Part shown: positions 1 through 9,465 of the stretch, piece by piece
How positions within the stretch are numbered: position 1 is the stretch's first letter
Layout of the letters: each line of letters begins with the position of its first letter
DNA from: an uncultured Actinomycetes bacterium
Lineage (GTDB): Bacteria > Actinomycetota > Thermoleophilia > UBA2241
Assembly (NCBI GenBank): GCA_963767005.1
Contig: CAVYCN010000019.1
Span: 63,611-95,610 of the forward strand
Reading direction: 5' to 3'
Length of the DNA: 32,000 nucleotides
Notes under the pieces: generated by a model
What the model saw: the letters and a program-made list of their open reading frames with translations, nothing else
Told to the model about the DNA's origin: nothing
The model's database searches: none
Translations under genes and position numbers: made by a program

Positions 1-24
1 CAGCGAACAGGCAGCGGCGAGTGG

Positions 25-2313
25 TTGCGGGTGCAGCAGGCGGCGGACCTGCTCGGCGTCAGCCCGACCACGGTGCGGCGCTGGGCCGACTCCGGCACGA
101 TCGGCTCACGGCGCACCCCGAGCGGCCAGCGCCGCTTCTCGCGGCAGGACCTCGAACGTCAGCTCGCGGCGGGCGACGGGCCGGCGCCCGGTCCGACCGG
201 TGATCCTCTGGAGCAGCGTTTCCGGCTCCTTCTCGACACGAGCCTCGAGCTGTCGTCGACCATCGAGCTCGACGAGGTGCTGCAGTCGGCCGCGCGCCGC
301 CTCACGACGACCCTCGCCATCCCCGACTGCGACATCTACCGGCTCGAGGAGGGCGATCGCCTGGTCTGCCTGGCCTCGGCGTTCAACGGCGCCTACGACG
401 GAGGCTGGGTGGGCAAGGAGGTCCATCTCTCCGACTGGGGCCTCGACCGGATGGCCGTCGACACGGGTCGCGCCCAGACGGCGAGCAGCCTCGACGATCC
501 GCGCCTTTCCGACGAGGAGCGGGCCGCCATGGAGCCGTACGGTCAGCGCAGCGAGATCGCGCTGCCGCTGGTCGCCCGCGACAGGGTGATCGGCCTCGTC
601 GACCTTCTCGACCACGTCGAGCACGACTTCACGCCCGATGATATCGCCGCCGCTGAAGCCGTCGGCCAGCTCGTGGCCCTGGCGATCGAGCACGCCCAGC
701 TCTACGACGAGGTCAAGCGCCTGCACCTGGCCAACCTGCGGGCGCTCTCGTCGGCGCTGTCGGCCAAGGACCACTACACGCTCGGTCACGCCGGCCGCGT
801 CGCCGCCTACTCCGCCATGCTCGCCCAGGAGCTCGGCTGGTCCGAGGAGCGCGTGAACGAGCTCCAGAACGTCGCCTTCCTGCACGACATCGGCAAGATC
901 GGCGTCTCCGACCGCGTGCTGCTCAAGGCCGGTCCGCTGACCTCCGAGGAGTGGGAGCTCATGCGCCAGCACCCCGGCATCTCGGCCGAGATCGTGCGGC
1001 CGCTGTTCGACGACGAGCTCGTCGCCGGCGTGCGCCACCACCACGAGCGCTTCGACGGCTCGGGATACCCCGATCACCTCGCCGGCGCGGCGATCCCGCT
1101 CGTGGCCCGGGCGATGTGCGTGGTCGACTGCTACGACGCGATGTCGTGCGAGCGCCCCTACCGGCACGCGCTCTCGTATCGCGACTGCCGCGCCGAGCTG
1201 CGGCGCTGCGCCGGCACGCAGTTCGACCCGGAGATGGTCGAGGCGTTCCTGCGGGCCCTCGACAGACTGCGACGCCGCCGTGCGCAGGTCGCGGGCCTGG
1301 CGCGCCAGGCCGCGGCCCTGATCGACCCCGCCCGGCACACCCTGCTACGCAGCCGCGCCGACGAGGAGCGGCCCGAGTACCGCGAGATGGTCGAGACGCT
1401 GCGCGCCTTTCGCGACACCCACGCGCCGGTGCGCTTCATCACGAGCTACGCCCTCGCCGACGACCGCTGCATCACGGTGCTCGACACCGGCGAGAGCGAG
1501 GACGACCTGTCGCACGTCGGCGACCTCTGGCTGGCCGACGACGAGGTCGCCCGCGTCCTCGCCGGCGAGCGACTGACGGCCAACGTCCTCGACGCCGACG
1601 ACTTCGGCGTGTGGGTCTCGGGTACCGTGCCGCTGCGCGACGGCGATGGGGTCGTCGTGGCCGCGCTCACCGTCGACGTGCCGGTCGTGGGGACCTTCGA
1701 CCGCGCGGCCCGGTCCGACCGCTCCCACACCCTGGCGGCGATGCTGCAGGCCGCCGCCATCCGCTTCAGCCGGGCCGAGGTCGAGGCCATCACCGACGGC
1801 CTCACCGGCCTCTACAACCACCGCTACCTGCACGAACGGCTCGAAGAAGAGATCGAGCGCGCCCGCCGCCACAAGACCCGTCTGTCGCTGCTGTTCTTCG
1901 ACTGCGACGACTTCAAGCGGTACAACGACCTGTACGGTCACAAGGCGGGCGACGCCGCCCTCACCCGCATCGCCCGCATCGCCGAGGGCTGCAGCCGGCG
2001 CGTCGACCTGGCCGCCCGCTACGGCGGCGAGGAGTTCGTCCTCGTGCTGGTCGACACCGAGCACGAGGGCGCTCTCAAGGTCGCCGAACGGATCCGCAGC
2101 GAGGTCGAGAGCACGAGCGTCGCGACCGACCGTCCGCTCAGCGTGAGTGTCGGCGTCGCCGGTTTCCCCGACGACGCCACCGCCAAGGACGAGCTCCTCG
2201 ACAAGGCCGACTGGGCGATGTACGCGGCCAAGCGGGCCGGCCGCAACCGGGTGCTGTCGTTCCGCGACGGCCTCGTCACCAAGGAGACGTGGCTGTCGCG
2301 CCGCGGCCGCTGA
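25..2313 (+). CDS. MerR/excisionase-like HTH + GAF + HD-GYP + uncharacterised sensor-like region + GGDEF (putative bifunctional c-di-GMP protein)
   Basis: N-term VQQAADLLGVSPTTVRRWADSGTIGSRRTPSGQRRF (MerR/BldC-like HTH); HD-GYP motifs FLHDIGKIGVSD, VRHHHERFDGSGYPDHLAG; GGDEF-type RYGGEEFV preceded by LTDGLTGLYNHRYL. Exact start uncertain. Confidence 0.9.
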   Translation: MRVQQAADLLGVSPTTVRRWADSGTIGSRRTPSGQRRFSRQDLERQLAAGDGPAPGPTGDPLEQRFRLLLDTSLELSSTIELDEVLQSAARRLTTTLAIPDCDIYRLEEGDRLVCLASAFNGAYDGGWVGKEVHLSDWGLDRMAVDTGRAQTASSLDDPRLSDEERAAMEPYGQRSEIALPLVARDRVIGLVDLLDHVEHDFTPDDIAAAEAVGQLVALAIEHAQLYDEVKRLHLANLRALSSALSAKDHYTLGHAGRVAAYSAMLAQELGWSEERVNELQNVAFLHDIGKIGVSDRVLLKAGPLTSEEWELMRQHPGISAEIVRPLFDDELVAGVRHHHERFDGSGYPDHLAGAAIPLVARAMCVVDCYDAMSCERPYRHALSYRDCRAELRRCAGTQFDPEMVEAFLRALDRLRRRRAQVAGLARQAAALIDPARHTLLRSRADEERPEYREMVETLRAFRDTHAPVRFITSYALADDRCITVLDTGESEDDLSHVGDLWLADDEVARVLAGERLTANVLDADDFGVWVSGTVPLRDGDGVVVAALTVDVPVVGTFDRAARSDRSHTLAAMLQAAAIRFSRAEVEAITDGLTGLYNHRYLHERLEEEIERARRHKTRLSLLFFDCDDFKRYNDLYGHKAGDAALTRIARIAEGCSRRVDLAARYGGEEFVLVLVDTEHEGALKVAERIRSEVESTSVATDRPLSVSVGVAGFPDDATAKDELLDKADWAMYAAKRAGRNRVLSFRDGLVTKETWLSRRGR

Positions 2314-2335
2314 CCGGCCGGCCCGCGACCCCCCC

Positions 2336-3286
2336 CTACTCCGGCACGACCAGCACGATCTTGCCGAGCTTGCCGCCGGCGGCGAAGCGCTCGAAGGCGG
2401 CCGCCGCCCGCGCGAGCGGGAAGATGGCCGCCACGGGCACCCGCACGCGACCGGCCGCGAGAAGCGGTAACGCGGCCGCACCGAGCGCCGCGACGACGCC
2501 GGCCTTTTCGGCAAGCGACCGGGCGCGCAGCGTCGCGGCCCGCACCTGGGCGCGCCGCGACATGAGCAGGCGGAGGTCGAGCTCGAGCGTCGCGCCGGCG
2601 CCGACGCCGACGACGACGGCGCGCCCGCCGGTCGAGAGGCAAGGCAACGCCTTCGCCAGGCTCGGACCACCGACGAGCTCGAGCACGAGGTCGTACGGCC
2701 CGCGCCTGCCGACCTCGGCGGCGCCGATGACCTCGGCGGCACCGAGGCCGGTGACGGCGTCGCGCAGGCTCGGGTCGCGGACCTCGGCGACGACGTGGGC
2801 GCCGGCCGCGGCGGCGAGCTGCAAGGCGGCAGTGCCGACCCCGCCGGCGGCGCCGCTCACCAGCACGCGCTCACCGAGACCGAGATGGCCTTGCGTGAAG
2901 AGGGCGTCGTGGGCGGTCGCGAATGCTTCGGGAAAACCGCCCGCCTCGGGCCACGGCACCCCGGCCGGCAACGGCAACGCGTTCGTCTCGTCGACCGTGG
3001 CGAGGGTGGCCTGCGCCCCGCCGCCGACGAGCGCCATGACACGGTCGCCCGCGGAGAAGCGCCGGACGCGCGCGCCCACGCCCACGACCTCGCCGGCCAT
3101 CTCGAGCCCGGGGACGTCGGCCGGCCAGCCCGGCGGCGCCGGGTAGCGCCCGTCGCGCTGGGCGAGGTCGGCGCTGTTCACGCCGGCCGCCCGCACGGCG
3201 ACCAGGAGCTCGGTGTCGCCCGGCACGGGGGCGGGGCGCTCGACCACGTCGAGCGCCCCGCCCGCGCCGATCACGACCGCGCGCAC
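2336..3286 (-). CDS. Zinc-binding-type/quinone oxidoreductase-like medium-chain dehydrogenase
   Basis: VRAAGVNSADLAQRDGRYP, GLEMAGEVVGVG, VLVSGAAGGVGTAALQLA nucleotide-binding motif, C-term FAAGGKLGKIVLVV. Confidence 0.9.
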   Translation of the reverse strand: MRAVVIGAGGALDVVERPAPVPGDTELLVAVRAAGVNSADLAQRDGRYPAPPGWPADVPGLEMAGEVVGVGARVRRFSAGDRVMALVGGGAQATLATVDETNALPLPAGVPWPEAGGFPEAFATAHDALFTQGHLGLGERVLVSGAAGGVGTAALQLAAAAGAHVVAEVRDPSLRDAVTGLGAAEVIGAAEVGRRGPYDLVLELVGGPSLAKALPCLSTGGRAVVVGVGAGATLELDLRLLMSRRAQVRAATLRARSLAEKAGVVAALGAAALPLLAAGRVRVPVAAIFPLARAAAAFERFAAGGKLGKIVLVVPE

Positions 3287-3305
3287 AGGGCGACCCTCCC
3301 GCCGG

Positions 3306-3635
3306 TCATTGGTCCGCGACCGGCGAGTCGCCCCTCTCCCGGATCTGGGACACGGCCGACCGCAGCAGCCGCACCTGCTTGTGGTCGGCCACCTCGACGA
3401 CCACGAACCGGTCGCGGACCTGGCGCACGGTCCCGAGGATGCCGTCGATCGTGACGATCTCGTCCCCCTTGCGGATGGCGGACAGCATCTCCTGCTGGAC
3501 GCGGCGCCGGCGGCGCTGCGGCCGCACGAGGAGCACGTAGAAGACGACGACGACGACGACGATGTACACCACGAGGATCGCGCTGCCGGATCCGGCTGAC
3601 CGCGCGAGGAACACCGAGAGGATCGCTGCGCTCAC
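3306..3635 (-). CDS. yajC: Preprotein translocase subunit YajC
   Basis: Single TM followed by LLVRPQRRRRRVQQEMLSAIRKGDEIVTIDGILGTVRQVRDRFVVVEVADH; GTG start. Confidence 0.88.
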   Translation of the reverse strand: MSAAILSVFLARSAGSGSAILVVYIVVVVVVFYVLLVRPQRRRRRVQQEMLSAIRKGDEIVTIDGILGTVRQVRDRFVVVEVADHKQVRLLRSAVSQIRERGDSPVADQ

Positions 3636-3845
3636 TTCGCCGACCCGCCCCCTTTCTGTTCTCGCATGAGCGACCGCGACGCGATCGCCCGGACTTGTCC
3701 AACGAGGCCAAGTCTATCCCCGATCGGCCCTCGTCGACCTTTCGGACGCGGAGAGGACCGCCGTTGACCGCGGGCCGCCGGATGAGTACCGTCGTCTCAC
3801 CGGCCCGCACAGAAGGAGCGGCGCCGCGCGGCGACACGACAGGAG

Positions 3846-4490
3846 ATGAGAGCGACGCTGAAGAGACGACCTCCGCTGGCGACCGTCGCCGGCCTCGTGG
3901 CCATCGTCGTCGCGATCTCGCTCGCGCTCGTAGCGTACAGCTACTACCCGTGGGCCTTCAGCCCGGCGGCCAACTGGATCAGCGACCTCGGCAACACGCT
4001 GCTCAGCCCGCGCGGCTCCATCTACTTCCGGCTCGACATGGTCGCCCTCGGCGGCGTGCTCAGCGCGTTCTTCGTGGGCCTGCGCGCCTGGTCGCGCGGC
4101 CAGTCGCTGTTCGTCAGGCTGCTCGTGATCGTCGGCCAGCTCAGCGGTCTCGTGAGCGCCGCCGCCATCGTCATGACCGGCGTCTTCTCCGAGAACGACT
4201 ACGCCGCTCATGCGCTGTGGGCGACCGTGATGTTCATCGCCCTGGCCACGGCCGTGCTCTTCATGGGCTGGGTCCACGTCTGGCACACCGACCTGTCGCA
4301 GCGCCTCGCCTACGCCGCCTTCGCGGTCTGCGCGGTCGACGTCGTGTCGGTCATCGAGCGGCGTCACTGGCTCGAGTGGCTGGCGGTGGGTCTGCTGCTG
4401 TGTTTCGTGGCGGCCGTGTCGCTCGGCACCTGGTCGTTGGGGCCGCGTCCCGCGCCGGCCGAAGGCCTACGAGGGCGAGTCGGCCGGTAG
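3846..4490 (+). CDS. DUF998-like integral membrane protein
   Basis: Multiple hydrophobic segments; YPWAFSPAANWISDLGNTLLSPRGSIYFRLDM-like signature typical of DUF998-type proteins. Confidence 0.65.
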   Translation: MRATLKRRPPLATVAGLVAIVVAISLALVAYSYYPWAFSPAANWISDLGNTLLSPRGSIYFRLDMVALGGVLSAFFVGLRAWSRGQSLFVRLLVIVGQLSGLVSAAAIVMTGVFSENDYAAHALWATVMFIALATAVLFMGWVHVWHTDLSQRLAYAAFAVCAVDVVSVIERRHWLEWLAVGLLLCFVAAVSLGTWSLGPRPAPAEGLRGRVGR

Positions 4491-6412
4491 CGGCGGACCG
4501 AGCGGCGGGCCCAGCTTGCCCGGCCGCTGGGCCGGGTGCGAGTGGCGGCCCTCCTCGGCCGCGCTGCGCTGGCGGGCCTTCTGGTCTTTGGCGGCAAAGA
4601 CCTCCTCGGCCGGGGTGCCGCCAAGCAGCGCCTCGAACTCCTCGCGTTCGATCGTCTCGCGCTCGATCAGGATGGCGGCCACGCTGTCGAGCTGGCTGCG
4701 ATGCTCGCCCAGCACGCCGCGGGCACGCTCGTGGGCATCGGCGATGATGCGCCTGATCTCCTCGTCGATCGCGCGGGCGATCTCCTCGGAGTAGTCGGGC
4801 TCCTGGTTGAAGTCTCTACCTAGGAAGGGCATCGCCTGGTTGTGGCCCAAGGTGCGCGGCCCGAGCAGCTCGCTCATGCCGTAGCGCATGATCATCTGCT
4901 TGGCGGTGTCGGTGGCCTTCTCCAAGTCGTTGGCGGCCCCGGTCGTGATCTCGGCAAAGACGATCTCCTCGGCGGCCCGGCCGCCCAGGGTCATCGCCAG
5001 GGTGTCGTTTAACTCGCCCATCGTGGTCAGGAACTTATCCTCGGAGGGCAGCGAGATGGTAAAGCCCAAGGCGGCGCCGCGGGAGACGATCGAGATCTTG
5101 TGGACCGGGTCGGTGTGTTCCAGGTAGTGGGCCACCAGGGCGTGGCCCATCTCGTGGTAGGCGGTGATGCGGCGCTCGCGCTCGGAGAGCAGGCGGCTCT
5201 TCTTCTCGGGGCCGGCCAGCACGCGCATGATGCCCTCTTCGCACTCGGCCTGATCGATCGTCTTGCGGCCGTGCCGTGCGGCCAGCAGGGCGGCCTCGTT
5301 GACCAAGTTGGCCAGATCGGCGCCGGTGAAGCCCGGGGTCTGGGCGGCCAGGGTGTCGAGATCCACGCCCTTGGCCAGCGGCTTACCGCGGGTGTGGACG
5401 GCAAGGATCGCCTGCCTTCCGATGCGGTCGGGGCGATCGACCACGATCTGGCGGTCGAAGCGGCCCGGGCGCAGCAGGGCGGGGTCCAAGATGTCGGGGC
5501 GGTTGGTGGCGGCGATCAGGATGATGTTGTCCTTCATCTCAAAGCCGTCCATCTCGACCAGGAGCTGGTTCAGGGTCTGCTCGCGCTCGTCGTTACCGCC
5601 GCCAAAGCCGGCGCCTCTGTGGCGCCCGACGGCGTCGATCTCGTCCATGAAGACGATGCAGGGGCTCTGCGCCTTGGCCTGGGCAAAGAGGTCCCTGACC
5701 CGCGAGGCGCCGACCCCGACGAACATCTCGACGAAGTCGGAGCCGGAGATGGAAAAGAAGGGCACCCCGGCCTCACCGGCCACGGCGCGGGCCAGCAGCG
5801 TCTTGCCGGTGCCGGGCGGGCCGTAGAGCAGCACGCCCTTGGGGATGCGGGCGCCGAGCTGCTGGAACTTGCGCGGGTTCTCTAAGAACTCCTTGATCTC
5901 CTGGAGCTCCTCGACGGTCTCGTCGATGCCGGCCACATCGGCGAAGGTCACCTTGGGGGCATCGGGGGAGACCTGCTTGGCGCGGCTTTTGGCAAAGCCC
6001 ATGACGCGGCTGCCGCCGCTGCCCATGCGGCGCATCATGAAGGCAAAGAAGACGACGATCAGCAGCAGCGGCAAGAGCAGGGTGAGCAGGCTGCCCCACG
6101 AGGTGCCGCCGCTCTTGGCGGTGACGGCCACGCCGGGGTGGGCGGCGAGCAGCTGGGCGAGCAGGGTCGAGTCGGGGTAGGAGATCGTGTAGGGGGTGCC
6201 GCCGGCCGGGATCACGGCGATCGTCTGGGCGCTGGTGTCGACGGTGACGGAGCGCACCTGGCCGGCCTGGAGCTGGGCGACGAAGCTCTCGGCCCGCCCT
6301 GATAGGCATGGCTGACGCTGCTGCCATGGTTGGAACGCGTGACCGTCTCGATGATCAGGATGAGGGTCACGACGATCAGCAGCGGGACGACGATGCGGCG
6401 GACTGTGCTCAC
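4467..6412 (-). CDS. ftsH: ATP-dependent zinc metalloprotease FtsH (N-terminal TM in a different frame from the rest; apparent frameshift near 6291-6300)
   Basis: [23 protein letters not shown] Walker [13 protein letters not shown] Walker B, SRH motif [31 protein letters not shown] (HExxH). Open frame starts at 6257; upstream ORF 6212..6412 supplies [24 protein letters not shown]. Confidence 0.93.
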
Positions 6413-6580
6413 GTCGGCTCTCTCTTCTGTCGGGTGCGATTGGCCGGCTCGCCCGTTATGTTCCTCACAATCGGGCAGACGAATCTCGCGGACCCGAATC
6501 GCGTCGCCTGCGACCTTCGCGGCAGACGGGGCAAAGCCTTGCCGGCGGCGCCGCTGCGCGACTCCGCGCCGGCGGCGCCG

Positions 6581-7186
6581 CTACAGCCAGCCGCGCTCGG
6601 CGGCCAGGCGCGCCGCCTCGACCCGGTTGCGACTGCCGGTCTTGGCGATCGCCGTCGAGAGGTAGTTGCGCACCGTGCCCTCGGACAGAAAGAGCGTCGC
6701 CGCGATGTCGGCGACGGTCGCTCCGCCGGCCGCCGCCTCGAGCACCTCGCACTCGCGCTTGGTCAGCGGATTGGGCCCCGCGGCGAGGGCCGACGCGGCG
6801 AGCGCGGGATCGACGACGCGGGCGCCGGCGAGCGCCCGGCGGATGGCCGTCGCGAGCTGCTCGGCCGGGGCATCCTTGACGAGGAACCCGCTGACCCCGG
6901 CCTGCATCGCCCGCGCCAGGTAACCCGGCCGGCCGAACGTGGTCAGGATCAGGACCTTGCAGCCGGGTAGAGCGGCGCGCAGGGCCGCGGCGGCCTCGAG
7001 CCCGTCGATTCCCGGCATCTCGATGTCGAGCAGGGCGACGTCGGGACGCGCCGCGAGGGCCGCATCGACGACCTCGTCGCCACGCCCGACCTGGGCCACG
7101 ACCTCGATGTCGGGCTCCAGTCCGAGCAGCGCGGCAAGGGCGCCGCGCACCATCTCCTGGTCCTCGGCGAGCAGGATGCGGATCAC
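6581..7186 (-). CDS. NarL/LuxR-family (DesR-like) response regulator
   Basis: Receiver domain MIRILLAEDQEMVRGALAALL...VALLDIEMPG...; C-term LTKRECEVLEAAAGGATVADIAATLFLSEGTVRNYLSTAIAKTG; GTG start overlaps the kinase stop. Confidence 0.92.
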   Translation of the reverse strand: MIRILLAEDQEMVRGALAALLGLEPDIEVVAQVGRGDEVVDAALAARPDVALLDIEMPGIDGLEAAAALRAALPGCKVLILTTFGRPGYLARAMQAGVSGFLVKDAPAEQLATAIRRALAGARVVDPALAASALAAGPNPLTKRECEVLEAAAGGATVADIAATLFLSEGTVRNYLSTAIAKTGSRNRVEAARLAAERGWL

Positions 7187-8570
7187 GGTCGGCCTGCTGA
7201 CGCCGGCGAGGTGCGGCCCCCGCCGTCGGCGATCGCGGCAGTGCCTGCTTCGGGGCCATCGTCCCCGGCCGGCTCGACGCTTGCGGCAACGCCTTGCTCG
7301 GGGCCATCGTCCCCGAACTGCTGCTCGACGAGCGCCTTCATCGTAGCCGGCGCCGCGGCCCCGCCGTCGGCGTCGGGCTCACGGCCTCCACACGGCAGCT
7401 CGGCGACGAGCCTGAATCCGGCCGGCCGGGCCGACCCGGCCTCGAACCGCCCGGCCGCGTCGGCCACCGCCTCGGCCAGGCCGCGCAGCCCATGACCGGC
7501 GCCTGCGCTCCCCGCCGCCGAGCCGACGCCGTCGTCGCTCACCTCGAGGCGCACGCCGCCGGCCGTGCGAGAAAGGCGCACGGCGGCGTGCGCCGCCCGA
7601 CTGTGGCGCACGATGTTGGTCGTCGCCTCGCGCAGCACGCGGGCAAGCAGCGCCTCGACGTCGGGTGGCAGCGGCTCGTCGGGCATCTCGGCGCCCATCT
7701 CGACGCCGGCCGCGTCGAGCGCGTCGCGCGTGCGCTCGAGCTCGGTACGCAGCGAGCGCGCGCGATAGCCGGTCACCGCCTCGCGCACCTCTTCGAGCGC
7801 GCGCCGCGCGATGTCCTCGACGTCGCCGACCTCGGCCAGCGCCCGTCCGGGAGCGGCCTCTCGCTCGAGCAGGCGGCGCGCGAGCTCGGCCTTGAGCACG
7901 ATCACCGACAGGCTGTGGCCGAGCAGGTCGTGCAGATCGCGTGCGAAGCGCAGGCGCTCGTCGGTCACCGCGTCGGCGGCGGCAAGACGGGCGACCTCGT
8001 CGCGCGAGCTGCGCAGCTCCTCGACCATGACGCCGCGGCGCCGCAGGAGCAGCGCGATCGACGCCGGCCATGACGATCGACAACCCGTACGACACGCCGG
8101 TGATGAGGTACGTCTCGCCGCGCCCCGAGGCGACGTTGACGGCGACCGAGCAGAGCGAACAGCCCACGATCGACGCGGCCGGCGTAGCGCAGCGGGAGAG
8201 ACGCCACCATCGTCACGACCACGAAGATGAACAGCACCATCCAGTCCGGCCCGTAGGCAAGCGTCGTACCCACGGCGATCGCCGCGAACAGGACGAGGGC
8301 ACCGCCACGCAACCGGCGACTGCCGCGGTGGCCGAGCAGGTGACCGTCGGCGGTCATGGTGTGCGGGATGGTCTGGACGAACACGGCGAAGCAGACGACG
8401 AACGCGACGAGCGCCGCGCCCGACACCCAGCGCGGACCCGCCACCCCGCTCACGACGTCGTTGACACAACCGGCCAGCGAGAGCAGGAACAGATAGACCA
8501 CGGAGTGGATGAGCCGGTCGTAACGCCGCTCGGCGACGCTCTGGCCCACCGGTGTCGCGGGACCGGTCAC
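7183..8570 (-). CDS. DesK-like sensor histidine kinase, interrupted by two apparent frameshifts (about 8176-8185 and 8062-8072)
   Basis: N-term TM segments in ORF 7965..8570, middle TM segment in ORF 7379..8167, HisKA_3 (ERLRFARDLHDLLGHSLSVIVLKAELARRLL) and HATPase (ALLARVLREATTNIVRHS, LEVSDDGVG, GHGLRGLAE) in the frame ending at 7183. Confidence 0.85.
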
Positions 8571-8730
8571 GACCCCGCCACGCTCCTCGAGCTCGGCCGC
8601 GGGCTCCCTGCCCGCGGGCTCGCCTCATTGTACGGCAAGCGGCGCCGGCCCCGCGCGCTGCGCCGCGGGGCCGGCGCCGCGCGCCCGGTCCGTCGTCGCG
8701 CGCTTGCACCGACTCGCTCACGGGGGTCGC

Positions 8731-9465
8731 TCACACCCGCTGCGTGTCGCGCCGGTAGGCGCGGGCGGCGAGCAGCGACAGGCCCACGCCCCAGGCGCCG
8801 ACCACGATCCAGCCCTTGGCCGGCCAGCCGCCCGCGCCGAGCGCGGCGTGGCTGGCCTGCACGAGCCAGTACGAGGGCAGGCACTGCGCGATCGTGTTCA
8901 AGAGGCCGTTGCCGAGCGGATACCAGGCGCCGCTCACGAAGGCGAGCGTCGCCGTGAGGCCGCCCATCGCCGGGCCGATCGCATCGACGGTCAGCAGGTG
9001 GCCGCACAGGATGCCCAGGGCGGCGAGCGGGATCAGCCCGATCAGCAGGAGCGCGGTCATGTGGAGCCACTCCCCGGCCGACAGACGCACGCCGAGCAGC
9101 GTGCCCGACAGGTACAGCAGGCCGATGGTCAGCCCGGCCATGAGGTAGGCCGTGACGACCTTGGCGCGGAAGTAGTCCCGCGTCCGCAGCGGGGTGACGC
9201 GCAGTTGACGGTTCCAGCCGACGGCGCGCTCACCGGCGATGCGGGTGCCGCTCGACAGGATGGCGGCCATGGTGCCGAACGCGGCGAGCCCGATCATGTA
9301 GTACGTGGGCGCCGGGATGCCGCTGCCGCCCAGGTCGGTCACGTTGCGGTTGGGCGCCGCGATCAAGAAGTAGATGGCGAGCGGGAACCCCAGCGACATC
9401 ACGAAGAAGCGCTTGCTGCGCAGCGTCCGCAGCAGCTCGAAGCGGGTGTAGACGAGGGCGTTCAT
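8731..9465 (-). CDS. ABC-2 type transporter permease
   Basis: MNALVYTRFELLRTLRSKRFFVMSLGFPLAIYFL..., multiple TM segments; ATG at 9465 overlaps the stop of the ATPase gene (ATGA). Confidence 0.87.
   Translation of the reverse strand: MNALVYTRFELLRTLRSKRFFVMSLGFPLAIYFLIAAPNRNVTDLGGSGIPAPTYYMIGLAAFGTMAAILSSGTRIAGERAVGWNRQLRVTPLRTRDYFRAKVVTAYLMAGLTIGLLYLSGTLLGVRLSAGEWLHMTALLLIGLIPLAALGILCGHLLTVDAIGPAMGGLTATLAFVSGAWYPLGNGLLNTIAQCLPSYWLVQASHAALGAGGWPAKGWIVVGAWGVGLSLLAARAYRRDTQRV

Noticed and set aside
3764-3792. Possible promoter TTGACC-N17-TACCGT upstream of the DUF998-like gene
   Set aside because: The -10 matches only 3 of 6 positions; too weak to list without TSS data.
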